NCBI GenBank assembly: GCA_031409275.1
Contig: JANNXA010000049.1
Coordinates: 1 to 64,000 of the forward strand
Direction of reading: 5' to 3'
Source of the DNA: Planctomycetota bacterium
GTDB lineage: Bacteria > Planctomycetota > B15-G4 > SIAN01
DNA: 64,000 nucleotides
The notes under the pieces are model-generated. The model worked only from the letters and a program-made list of their open reading frames with translations. It was not told the origin of the DNA and did no database searches. How positions within the stretch are numbered: position 1 is the stretch's first letter; every line of letters starts with the position of its first letter. Shown here one piece after another: positions 18,594-27,670 of this stretch. The position numbers were made by a program, and so were the translations under genes.

Positions 18594-18917
18594 ATGCGAA
18601 TCGCGGTGATTTCGCGCGATGGAGTGGGAGTCAACGAGCGGCTGCATCGAGCGCTCGACTGCTTCGTCTTCGATCGCGAGGGCGATCGGGTGAGCTTCGT
18701 CGAGCGGCGGGTCTTTGCGTCGGGAGCGACGCGGCTGTTCCGGGACTTTTTGTCTCTCGAGTCGACGTTCCAAGGCTGCGTGTGGATCGTGGCGCTCGGT
18801 TTCAACGGCGAGGCGAAGCGGGAACTCGCGGCACGCGGTTTCCGTCTCCATGAGGCGCGTGGCCCGGTCGAGGGAGTGATTCGCGCGCTGCCCGTCGATA
18901 GCGTGGGCACGGCCTAG
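18594..18917 (+). CDS. NifX/NifB-C-terminal-like (FeMo-co-binding fold) small protein
   Basis: MRIAVISRDGVGVNERLHRALDCFVFD matches the MKIAV.S.DG..VN.HFG.A..F.I(Y/F) pattern but lacks HFG; GGAGG SD. Confidence 0.6.
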   Translation: MRIAVISRDGVGVNERLHRALDCFVFDREGDRVSFVERRVFASGATRLFRDFLSLESTFQGCVWIVALGFNGEAKRELAARGFRLHEARGPVEGVIRALPVDSVGTA

Positions 18918-18969
18918 AACCGGCGCTTGCGGCGGCCTGCCGCGGCGCTGTCGACGGAGAGTCGCCTTC

Positions 18970-21408
18970 ATGCGCACCCTGCTGCTCTTCCCGCCCCAAG
19001 CTCATCCGACTCAGCCCTATCTCTGCTTGCCGTCGCTGGTCGCCTTCCTGCGCGCCAATGGCTTCCCCGACACGCACCAGCGCGATCTGAACCTCGAGGC
19101 GCACGAGTGGTTCCTCGCCAAGGAGCGGCTTGCGCTGGCACGGGATCGGGTAGCGCAGGCGTTTGCGTCCCATCGTGACGACGTGCCGCTGCCGTTGCCC
19201 GAGATGGACCGCTTCCGGGTCCTGGCCGAGGCGCACGCTTCCGCGGATGCGGTGGTGGAGGGGATCGACGAGGCGCTCTTCACGCTGCGCAACGAAGAGG
19301 CCTTCTACGACTACGACCGCTACCTGCGGGCGGTGAAGCTGCTCGATCGCGCCTTCCGCTTGATCAGCGCCGAGCACTATCCGACGGCGCTCACGCCTCA
19401 CAACTACACGCTGCCGCACTCGATCGAGAAGGAGGCGGAGATCCTCGCAGCGGTGTTCGATGAGAACGCCAACTTCTTCTGCGAGTACTACCGGGCCAAG
19501 GCGCTGCCCGAGATCGTGGCGATGAAGCCCGACCTCGTCGGCATCTCGCTGACCTACACGAGCCAGGTGATTCCGGGGCTGGCGCTGGCGCGGATGATCA
19601 AGGAGGCGCTGCCGGGCGTGCACGTGACGATCGGCGGCGGCCTGATGGCCTACATCGGCGACAAGGCGACGAAGAGCGGCAAGGTCTTCGCCGCGATCGA
19701 CAGCGCGATCGTGCTCGAAGGCGAAGGGCCGCTGCTCGAGCTCGCGAAGAACGTCGCGGCGGGCAAGAGCCAGCCGGCCGACGGTGTCGGCAACGCGATC
19801 TGGAAGCGCGGCGACCAGGTCGTCGTCAACGAGCCGGCGAGCCCGCTCTCGATCGACTCGCTGCCGACGCCCGAGTTCGATGGGCTGCCGATGGAGCGCT
19901 ACTACTCGCCGAAGCTCGCGCTGCCCCTCGCGATCACGCGCGGTTGCTACTGGGAGAAATGCGCGTTCTGCACCTTGTACAAGGTGATCGGCCCCGGTTT
20001 CCGCCAGCGCCGTCTCGACAAGGTGATGGACGACATCGAGAAGGTGACGAAGCTCTGGAAGAGTGACGTCATCTACTTCGTCGTCGAGGACATGCCGCCT
20101 CCGGTCTTCAAGCAGCTGCCGATCGAACTGAAGAAGCGCGAGCTCGAGATCCGCTGGTGGACCGACGCGCGGCTCGAGAGGAACCTCTTCACCGACGAGT
20201 TGTGCGCCGACCTCTACGCTTCTGGTTGCCGGCGCATCGCGTTCGGCTTCGAGAGCGCATCGCAGCGCCTGCTCGACCTGATGGAGAAGGGCACGGCGGT
20301 CGGCGAGGCGGGGACGATCCTGCGCCGTCTATCGAAGGCGGGCATCAGCAACACGCTCTACACGATGATCGGCTTCCCGACCGAGACGCGCGAGGAAGCG
20401 CTGCAGACGCTCGAGTGGCTGCGGACGCACAAGGATTGCGTCGACGAAGTGTCGCTGCGCATCTTCTACGTCGACCACCTGAGCAAGGTATTCGAGCACC
20501 CGCAAACCTACGGGGTCGAGCGCATCCTGATCGACCCGGACAAGGACCTGCAGGTCTACTACGACTGGGTGCCGGCGCGTGTCGGCACGACGTTGCCGGT
20601 GGTGAGCGAGCCCGCCGCGTGCGGCGACGGCTGCGCCGGCGCGGCGCTGATCGATGGCGGCATGTCGCGACGCGATGCGCGCGAGCTCTTCTTCGACTTC
20701 ATGAAGGTGCTGCGCGAGGAGTTCCCGCTCTTTCACGGCGACAACCTGCTGCTCTTCGAGCTGAAGAGCCACTACTTCCTCTACCTCTGCAAGTACGGCA
20801 ACCTCTCCTTCCTCGACGGCAAGAGCGAGGTTGCGGTCGCCGAGGCGGCGCCGACCGACCTGCTCTCGGCTCGGCTGCGGTTGCCGGAGGGCAATCGCGT
20901 GGTCGAGATGCCCTACGACCTGCGCACCATCGCCGTGAAGCTGAACGAAGCGGAGTGCTCCGTCCTCAAGCCGCGCTACCAGTCGGGCAACTTCAAGGAG
21001 AAGCTGTTCGAAGAGATGGCCGGCCAGGTTCCGGCGGCGCCGCCGGCGAAGAACTTCGCCGTCTACCGCGCGCGGTCGAGCGACCTGCTGCATGTCGGCA
21101 AGGACGCGGCGCGACTGCTCGCCGCGTGCGACGGGTCGCGCACGGTGGGCGCGATCGTCGAGAGCTACGCGCCGGCGCTGCAGGAGAAGGTGACGCGCTT
21201 CCTCGTCGATCTGATGAAGCGCGGGCTGCTCACGGCCGGCGCGCGCGATGTCGCGCCGCGATCGGCACGGCACGACGCATCCTCCGGGCGACCGCTCTCA
21301 TCCGACGCGCGTCCGCAGGCGCGCGACCTGACCGTCGCGGCCAGCGGCGAGGAGCGCGCGCGGGTGGCGGAGACGATGCATCTCTACTGCAAGCCGTCGG
21401 CAATCTGA
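18970..21408 (+). CDS. B12-binding radical SAM enzyme with C-terminal PqqD/RRE-like domain
   Basis: N-terminal LLFPP...PYLCLPSL, B12 domain (PDLVGISL, IGGG), RGCYWEKCAFC, GFES, MIGFPTET; C-terminal LLAACDGSRTVGAIV...RFLVDLMKRGLL. Confidence 0.88.
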   Translation: MRTLLLFPPQAHPTQPYLCLPSLVAFLRANGFPDTHQRDLNLEAHEWFLAKERLALARDRVAQAFASHRDDVPLPLPEMDRFRVLAEAHASADAVVEGIDEALFTLRNEEAFYDYDRYLRAVKLLDRAFRLISAEHYPTALTPHNYTLPHSIEKEAEILAAVFDENANFFCEYYRAKALPEIVAMKPDLVGISLTYTSQVIPGLALARMIKEALPGVHVTIGGGLMAYIGDKATKSGKVFAAIDSAIVLEGEGPLLELAKNVAAGKSQPADGVGNAIWKRGDQVVVNEPASPLSIDSLPTPEFDGLPMERYYSPKLALPLAITRGCYWEKCAFCTLYKVIGPGFRQRRLDKVMDDIEKVTKLWKSDVIYFVVEDMPPPVFKQLPIELKKRELEIRWWTDARLERNLFTDELCADLYASGCRRIAFGFESASQRLLDLMEKGTAVGEAGTILRRLSKAGISNTLYTMIGFPTETREEALQTLEWLRTHKDCVDEVSLRIFYVDHLSKVFEHPQTYGVERILIDPDKDLQVYYDWVPARVGTTLPVVSEPAACGDGCAGAALIDGGMSRRDARELFFDFMKVLREEFPLFHGDNLLLFELKSHYFLYLCKYGNLSFLDGKSEVAVAEAAPTDLLSARLRLPEGNRVVEMPYDLRTIAVKLNEAECSVLKPRYQSGNFKEKLFEEMAGQVPAAPPAKNFAVYRARSSDLLHVGKDAARLLAACDGSRTVGAIVESYAPALQEKVTRFLVDLMKRGLLTAGARDVAPRSARHDASSGRPLSSDARPQARDLTVAASGEERARVAETMHLYCKPSAI

Positions 21409-21418
21409 GGAGTGGATC

Positions 21419-21598
21419 GTGGCCGATTCGCGCAACCCACCTGCCGCTGCCGGTAGCTCGGCGGACCTGCCGAAGAAGGGCAGCAACCCTTCGGCTGCGG
21501 TGACGCCGCCGTCGGCCGAGAGCGGGCTCGATTTCGCGATCGAGGAGATCGCGCCAGCGCAGCAACTGAAAGAGGGATTCAGCGGTCAGGAGCGCTGA
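21419..21598 (+). CDS. 59-aa candidate RiPP precursor peptide 1 (not in ORF track)
   Basis: GAGGAG SD 6 nt before GTG; MADSRNPPAAAGSSADLPKKGSNPSAAVTPPSAESGLDFAIEEIAPAQQLKEGFSGQER. Confidence 0.6.
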   Translation: MADSRNPPAAAGSSADLPKKGSNPSAAVTPPSAESGLDFAIEEIAPAQQLKEGFSGQER

Positions 21599-21637
21599 GC
21601 TCCGGCTCACCGTTTCGAGAGGACTTGGAGTCAGTCG

Positions 21638-21841
21638 ATGGATGCGAAGGACAGCAAGGGACAAGGCGACGTCGAGGCGGGCAAGAGCGTGCCCGGCGGG
21701 CGCTTCGATGCGGCCCTGCCGATGGGCAAGCCGGGGGAGTCGGCGCAGGTGCGTCGCGATGCCGAGGGTGAACTCGACCTCGACGTCGGCGAGATCCAGA
21801 CCCGACTGCCGTACGGTTCGGAAGACATCGCGGACAAATGA
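21638..21841 (+). CDS. 67-aa candidate RiPP precursor peptide 2
   Basis: GGAG SD; ...GELDLDVGEIQTRLPYGSEDIADK; ATGA overlap with next gene. Confidence 0.6.
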   Translation: MDAKDSKGQGDVEAGKSVPGGRFDAALPMGKPGESAQVRRDAEGELDLDVGEIQTRLPYGSEDIADK

Positions 21842-23394
21842 GCGAAGCGAGCTGCGCGGTCGCGGCGGCGCCGGCTCCGGCGAGCGCGCGCTCGAATCGC
21901 TACTCGGCGCTGCTCGGCGGCATCGTGCTGCTCGGGCTGCTGCTGCGGTTGCCGGGCCTCTCCTCGTCCTTCTGGATCGACGAGGTCGACACGCTGCTCC
22001 ATTGCGTGCGCGAGCCGCTGGCGACGATCGTCACGTCGTACGCCAGCGAGAATCAGCACCCGCTCTATTCGCTCCTTGCGCATCTCTCGTTGCGCCTCTT
22101 CGGCGAGAGCGAGTGGGCGTTGCGACTGCCGGCGCTGCTGCTTGGAGTGGCGAGTCTCGCGGCGGTCGCGCGATTGGGTCGGCAACTGCTCGATGAGACG
22201 ACCGGGCTGCTCGCCGCGCTGCTGCTGGCGGTGTCGGCGCATCACGTCTGGTTCTCGCAGAACGCGCGCGGCTACACCGGGATGCTGCTCTTCTCGGTGC
22301 TGGCCACCAGCGAGTTCCTCGAACTCTGTTGGCGTCCGCGGCGCGCGAACGTGGTCCGCTACGCCTTGTTCGCGGCGCTGGCCACCTACACCCATCTCAC
22401 CGCCGCTTTCGCGTTCAGCGGTCATGGCCTCGCCTGGCTCGTGCTGCGCATGCGGCCGGCGTCCGCGGACGCGCGTCCGCTGATCGACTGCGGCCCGTTG
22501 CCGCTGCCGCGCGCCACCGGCGCCGCGCTCGCGGCGATGCTCCTCGCGGCGCTGCTGGCGGCGCTGCTCTACGCGCCGCTGGCCGGCGACCTCGTCGCGG
22601 CGTTCCGCGCGCGCGCCGAGGGGGCGAATGTGCAGGTCGTCAAGGTCGCGGCGTGGACGAGCCCGGGCTGGCTCCTCGAGCAGGTGACGTCGAGCCTCGG
22701 CCGTTCGTGGCTCGCGCTGGCCAGCCTGGTTGCGGTCGCGTTGCTGGCGCTGACCGGACTGCGGTCGCTGTGGCGCAACGGCCGGCGCCTGTTCGTCGCG
22801 ATCCACCTGCTGGCGCCGCCGCTGGCACTGCTCGTCCTGTTGCTGCTCCATCGCCACCTCTACCCGCGCTTCTTCTTCTTCGAGGCGGGATTCGCGGCGC
22901 TGCTGGTCGTGCGCGGCGCGCGCATCAGCGGCGGCTGGCTCTCCTGCAGCCTGCCCGGCTGCAAAGGTCAGCGCATCGAACTCTGGGGCATCGCGGTGGT
23001 CCTGCTGGTGGCGGCCGGATTCGCGCTCTCGCTCGATCGCGTCTACGCCCATCCCAAGCAGGACTTCACCGGCGCTCGCGACCTCGTCGCCGCGCGTGCG
23101 GCGCCGGGCGATGCCAAAGTCGCGGTGGGGCCGGCCAAGCTCGCGCTGCCCGGGTACTACGCGCCGGACTTCCAGATCGCCGACACCGCTGCCGAGCTCG
23201 AGTCGATCCGCGCCGGCGCTGCGGTCACGTGGCTGGTCTACACGCTCCCGGAGCAGCTTGCCGCGGCTCGCCCCGACGTGTTTGCCGTGGTGCAGCGCGA
23301 CTTCGAAGCGGTCGCCGAGCTGCCGGGATCGATGGGTGGCGGCTCCGTTTTCGTCCTGCGCTCGCGCGCGCCGACCGAGCCGCGTCGCGAGTGA
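21838..23394 (+). CDS. GT-C fold glycosyltransferase (PMT/ArnT-like)
   Basis: SFWIDE, HPLYSLL, EWALRLPA, SQNARGY motifs; many TM helices. Confidence 0.85.
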   Translation: MSEASCAVAAAPAPASARSNRYSALLGGIVLLGLLLRLPGLSSSFWIDEVDTLLHCVREPLATIVTSYASENQHPLYSLLAHLSLRLFGESEWALRLPALLLGVASLAAVARLGRQLLDETTGLLAALLLAVSAHHVWFSQNARGYTGMLLFSVLATSEFLELCWRPRRANVVRYALFAALATYTHLTAAFAFSGHGLAWLVLRMRPASADARPLIDCGPLPLPRATGAALAAMLLAALLAALLYAPLAGDLVAAFRARAEGANVQVVKVAAWTSPGWLLEQVTSSLGRSWLALASLVAVALLALTGLRSLWRNGRRLFVAIHLLAPPLALLVLLLLHRHLYPRFFFFEAGFAALLVVRGARISGGWLSCSLPGCKGQRIELWGIAVVLLVAAGFALSLDRVYAHPKQDFTGARDLVAARAAPGDAKVAVGPAKLALPGYYAPDFQIADTAAELESIRAGAAVTWLVYTLPEQLAAARPDVFAVVQRDFEAVAELPGSMGGGSVFVLRSRAPTEPRRE

Positions 23395-23500
23395 CCGCCC
23401 CGCCGCGAGGCGGCGCGCTGGAACGAAGCCTCGTCGGCGCGTTCAATGGTGCGCCTCGAATCGACTCCGTCGTCCCGGTCCGTCCCCAAGGAGCTACCCG

Positions 23501-24148
23501 ATGTCCACCGATCCGTTGCCGGAGGCCCTCCCGCGACTCAATGCCGCGGCGCCGCAGTTCACCGCCGCGTCGACGCAGGGGCCGATCGCGCTGTCGCAGT
23601 ACAAAGGCAAATGGGTGATCCTCTTCTCGCACCCGGCCGACTTCACGCCGGTCTGCACCACCGAGTTCGTCGAGTTCGCGAAGCGCAGCGCCGAGTTCGC
23701 CGCCAAGAACGTGCAGCTGATCGGGTTGTCGATCGACAGCGTCTACTCGCACATCGCATGGGTGCGCTCGATCGAGCACCACTTCAAGGTGACCATCGAC
23801 TTTCCGCTGATCGCCGACCTCGACATGAAGGTGGCGATGGCGTACGGGATGATCCACCCCGGAGCGGCCACGACCGCGACGGTGCGCTGCGTGTTCGTGA
23901 TCGATCCCGACCAGAACGTGCGCGCGATGATCTACTACCCGATGAGCAACGGCCGCAGCATCGACGAGATCGTGCGGTTGGTCGACGCGTTGCAGACGCA
24001 TGTGAAGAAGCAGGTCGCGACTCCCGCCAACTGGAAGCCGGGCGACAAGGTGATCGTGCCGCCGCCGGGGACAGTCGCCGACGCGAAAGCGCGCCAGGGC
24101 GCGGGCTACGAGTACACCGACTGGTACTTCTGCAAGAAGGACGCGTAG
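23501..24148 (+). CDS. peroxiredoxin (Prx6/1-Cys type)
   Basis: FSHPADFTPVCTTE, GRSIDEI, TPANW; AAGGAG SD. Confidence 0.95.
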   Translation: MSTDPLPEALPRLNAAAPQFTAASTQGPIALSQYKGKWVILFSHPADFTPVCTTEFVEFAKRSAEFAAKNVQLIGLSIDSVYSHIAWVRSIEHHFKVTIDFPLIADLDMKVAMAYGMIHPGAATTATVRCVFVIDPDQNVRAMIYYPMSNGRSIDEIVRLVDALQTHVKKQVATPANWKPGDKVIVPPPGTVADAKARQGAGYEYTDWYFCKKDA

Positions 24149-24299
24149 TCGTCGGCGCGATCGACGGCCACAGCGTCGCGAGCGGAAGGGAATTCCGCTC
24201 GCGACGGCGTTTGCATGGCGGCCGGGTCTGGCATCAAGCCCTGCGTCGGGCCGCACCGAAGAGGCCGCAGACCGCGCGGCGAAGCATGGGGGGACGCGA

Positions 24300-25193
24300 G
24301 TGATCGAGGACGTCGGCGAGCCGGCACGAGGCGCGAAGGAACGCGCCGTCACCGTCGTGATCCCCGCGTACAACGAGGGGCCGCACGTTGCCGCGCAGGT
24401 GCGCGCCGTCGCCGAGACCCTGCGCACCACCGGCTGGGAGTGGGAGCTGATCGTCGTCGACGACGGCTCGTCCGATCGCACTGCGGAGGAGGCCTCGGCC
24501 GCCGGCGCGCGCGTGCTGCGCAAGTTGCGCAACGAGGGCTACGGTGCCGCGCTCAAGACCGGCATCGCGGCCGCCAAGTACGGCTGGATCCTGATCACCG
24601 ACGCGGACGGCACCTATCCCACCGCCGCCATCCCGCAGATGCTCGAGCGCGCCGCTCGCAACGAGATGGTGGTCGGCGCGCGCATCGGCAAGAACGTGCA
24701 CATCCCGCTGGTGCGGCGCCCGGCGAAGTGGGTCCTCACCAAGCTCGCGAGCTACCTCGCCGGCCTGCGCATCCCCGACCTGAACTCCGGCCTGCGGCTG
24801 ATGCGCAAACCCCTGGTGCAGCGCTACGAACACCTCCTGCCGCAGGGCTTCTCCTTCACCACTACGATCACCCTCTGTTCCGCGTGCAACGGCCACCCGA
24901 TGGAGTTCATCGCCATCGACTACGCCAAGCGGCTCGGCGACAGCAAGATCCGGCCGCGCCACGCCTACGACTTCCTGCTGCTGATCCTGCGCACGATCGT
25001 GCTGTTCCACCCGCTCAAGTTCTTCCTCCCGACTGGCGCGTTGCTCTTCGCAGCGGGAACCGCGAAGTTCGTCTACGACTGCTATCGCGACAACCTCTCC
25101 GAGAGCGCCGTCCTCGCGCTGCTAGGTGCGCTGATCGTCTGGTGCGTCGGGCTGCTCGCCGACCAGAACGCTCGGATGGCGATGAAGCGCTGA
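24300..25193 (+). CDS. GT2 glycosyltransferase (polyprenol-phosphate glycosyltransferase-like)
   Basis: VVIPAYNE, VVDDGSSDRT, GYGAALKTG, DADG, two C-terminal TMs. Confidence 0.9.
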   Translation: MIEDVGEPARGAKERAVTVVIPAYNEGPHVAAQVRAVAETLRTTGWEWELIVVDDGSSDRTAEEASAAGARVLRKLRNEGYGAALKTGIAAAKYGWILITDADGTYPTAAIPQMLERAARNEMVVGARIGKNVHIPLVRRPAKWVLTKLASYLAGLRIPDLNSGLRLMRKPLVQRYEHLLPQGFSFTTTITLCSACNGHPMEFIAIDYAKRLGDSKIRPRHAYDFLLLILRTIVLFHPLKFFLPTGALLFAAGTAKFVYDCYRDNLSESAVLALLGALIVWCVGLLADQNARMAMKR

Positions 25194-25198
25194 CGACG

Positions 25199-26215
25199 AT
25201 GGCGCACGAACCGTTGCCACCCGCCCCGAATCGCCGACGCAAGCTGGCGCTGCGACTCGTCGCGAGCGCGCTGCTCATCGCGGCGCTCGTCGCCTTCGTG
25301 CCGTGGGCCAAGCTGCAGGCCGCGTTCGCTCGCGTCTCGCCCGCGACCTTCGCGCTGACTGCCGTGCTCTTCCTCGCGTGCCATGCGTTCGGCTCGCTCA
25401 AGTGGCGCATGGTGATCGGCGTCGCTGGCGCCCGCTTGCCGGTCATCGCGGCGTTCCAGTGCTACGCGGCGGGACTCTTCTCGAACATCTTCCTGCCGAG
25501 CATCGTCGGCGGCGACGTGCTGCGCGCGCTGCTCGCCGGCAAGAAGAGCGGGCGCATGGAGGCGGCGATCCTCGGTGGCGCCGCCGACCGCCTCCTCGAC
25601 CTCGCATCGCTCGGCCTCCTCGCTCTCGGCGCGAGCACTTGCGTCGGTTTCGCGCAGGAAGGGGCACGGCGCGCGCTGTTGCTGTTCGGTGCCGGGCTCG
25701 CCGCGGTGGCTGGGGTCATCGTCCTGTTCTTCCTGCTACGGCGCCCGCTCGCGAAGTGGCCGCGCAAGCTGCGCCGCCGCGTCGCGCAGGTGTTGCTGGC
25801 GCTGCGCCGGCAACGTCGCCGCCCGGGCGTGCTGCTCCTTTCCCTCCTCGGCGCGTGCGCGATGCAGGCGTCGCTGGTCGGGTTGAACGCCTTGCTGGCG
25901 GGGGGGCTCGAGCTGCATGCGGGGCCGGCCGCGTGGATCTTCTGCTGGTCGCTCGCGAAGCTCGCCGGCCTGATGCCGGTCGGATTCAACGGCATCGGCG
26001 TGCGCGACGGTGCGTTCGCCTTCCTGATGGCGCCGTTGCTGGCGGGCAGTGGATTGCCGCGCGAGGAGCTGCTCGCCCGCGCGCTCGCGGCGTCGCTCTT
26101 GTGGCAGGCGCTCCTGATCGTCGGCAGCCTCGTCGCAGGCGCGATCTGGGCGCTGCTGCGACGCGGCAGCGCGACCGAATCGCCGTTGGTCTCGGAGTCG
26201 GTGCAACATGGTTGA
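25199..26215 (+). CDS. lysylphosphatidylglycerol-synthase-TM/flippase-like membrane protein
   Basis: KW...FSNIFLPSIVGGD..R, DRLLDL, P...NGIGVRD motifs. Confidence 0.85.
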   Translation: MAHEPLPPAPNRRRKLALRLVASALLIAALVAFVPWAKLQAAFARVSPATFALTAVLFLACHAFGSLKWRMVIGVAGARLPVIAAFQCYAAGLFSNIFLPSIVGGDVLRALLAGKKSGRMEAAILGGAADRLLDLASLGLLALGASTCVGFAQEGARRALLLFGAGLAAVAGVIVLFFLLRRPLAKWPRKLRRRVAQVLLALRRQRRRPGVLLLSLLGACAMQASLVGLNALLAGGLELHAGPAAWIFCWSLAKLAGLMPVGFNGIGVRDGAFAFLMAPLLAGSGLPREELLARALAASLLWQALLIVGSLVAGAIWALLRRGSATESPLVSESVQHG

Positions 26216-27662
26216 GTCGACCGACGCGAATCCACGATCCAGGTTGCCTCGGGTGGCGATCCTCGGCGGCGGCCCCGCCGGCCTTGGAGCCGCGTGGCAG
26301 CTCGCGCTGCAGAAGAAGGCGCGCGTCCTGTTGATCGAGCAGAACGCCTGGTTCGGCGGCAACGCCGGCAGTTTCGAGTGGGACGGCCAGGCGCTCGACT
26401 TCGGCAGCCATCGCCTCCACCCCGCATGCGAGCCCTCGATCCTCGCCGACTTGAAGCGCCTGCTCGGCGCCGAGCTGCTCGATCGACCGCGCCACGGCCG
26501 CATCCGCATGCTCGGCCGCTTCATCCACTTCCCGCTGAAGCCGCTCGACCTGGTGCTGCGACTCGATCCGCGCTTCGGGCTCGGGATGGCGTGGGATGGC
26601 GTCACCAAGCGGTCGCGCCGCTCGCCGCCGGGAAGCGCTGACACCTTCGCGTCGGTGCTGCGCGAGAGCCTCGGTCCGACCATGTGCGAGCGCTTCTACT
26701 TCCCCTATGCGCGCAAGCTCTGGGGCCGCGAGCCCGCCGAGCTCTCCGGCATCCAGGCGCGCAAGCGCGTCTCGGCCGGCACGGTGATGAAGCTGCTGCG
26801 CAAGGTGTTGAACGCCGTGCCGGGCCTGAAGAAGCCCGGCTCGGGTCGCTTCTGGTATCCGCGGCATGGGTATGGCCAGCTCTCCGACGCGCTCGCGCGG
26901 GCGGCGCAGCTCGCGGGCGCGGAGCTCCTCGTCGAGCATCGCGTGAAGCTGCTCGAACCGCCGAACGCGCAGCTCCCGTGGCGCGTCTGGATCGATCGCG
27001 GCGGGCGCGAGCAGGTCGTCGAAGCGGACTTCGTCTGGTCGACGCTGCCGATCTCGCTGATCCCGAAGCTGCTGAAGAGCGAGCCGACCGATGCGCTCGC
27101 GGCCGCCGCCGCGCAGACGCGCTATCGCGCCATGCTGCTGGTCTACCTGCGCTTGCCGGTGGCTCGCTTCACCGAGTACGACGCCCACTACTTCCCGGAA
27201 GCGGCCATCACGATCACGCGCCTCTCGGAGCCGAAGAACTACTCCGACCTCGGGGCCCCGGTCGGCGCGACCACCTTGTGCGCCGAGCTGCCGTGCGACG
27301 CCGGCGACCGCTTCTGGAAGATGAGTGAGGCGGAGCTCGGCGAGCTGGTCGCCGCCGACCTCGCGCGCGCCGGCATCCCGCTGCCCGTTGCGCCGAGCGC
27401 CGTGAAGGTGATGCGCTTGCCGCAGGCCTATCCGATCTATCCCAACGGGTACGAGCAGCCGCTGGCGCAGCTCGATGCGTTCGCCGACGCGCTGCCGAAT
27501 TTCATGACCTACGGTCGCCAAGGGCTCTTCGCCCACGACAACACCCACCACGCACTGGCGATGGCCTATGCCGCCGTCGAGTGCCTGCAAGGCCGCGAGT
27601 TCGACCGTGCCGCGTGGGCGCGCCATCGCGAGGTCTTCGCGACACACGTCGTGGAGGACTGA
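26208..27662 (+). CDS. FAD-dependent oxidoreductase (UDP-galactopyranose mutase/HemY-like, glycan-cluster type)
   Basis: GGGPAGL dinucleotide motif, GG..GSF, DFGSHRLH, AYPIY, GRQGLF. Confidence 0.8.
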   Translation: MVESTDANPRSRLPRVAILGGGPAGLGAAWQLALQKKARVLLIEQNAWFGGNAGSFEWDGQALDFGSHRLHPACEPSILADLKRLLGAELLDRPRHGRIRMLGRFIHFPLKPLDLVLRLDPRFGLGMAWDGVTKRSRRSPPGSADTFASVLRESLGPTMCERFYFPYARKLWGREPAELSGIQARKRVSAGTVMKLLRKVLNAVPGLKKPGSGRFWYPRHGYGQLSDALARAAQLAGAELLVEHRVKLLEPPNAQLPWRVWIDRGGREQVVEADFVWSTLPISLIPKLLKSEPTDALAAAAAQTRYRAMLLVYLRLPVARFTEYDAHYFPEAAITITRLSEPKNYSDLGAPVGATTLCAELPCDAGDRFWKMSEAELGELVAADLARAGIPLPVAPSAVKVMRLPQAYPIYPNGYEQPLAQLDAFADALPNFMTYGRQGLFAHDNTHHALAMAYAAVECLQGREFDRAAWARHREVFATHVVED

Positions 27663-27670
27663 CCGCCGCC

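Noticed and set aside
18594..21408. Nitrogen fixation (nifX/nifB)
   Set aside because: The rSAM is B12-binding class, not NifB; no nitrogenase genes; HFG motif missing
26208..27662. Protoporphyrinogen oxidase hemY
   Set aside because: Glycan-cluster context and motifs (HRLH, AYPIY, GRQGLF) fit the sugar-mutase-like flavoproteins better; no heme genes nearby
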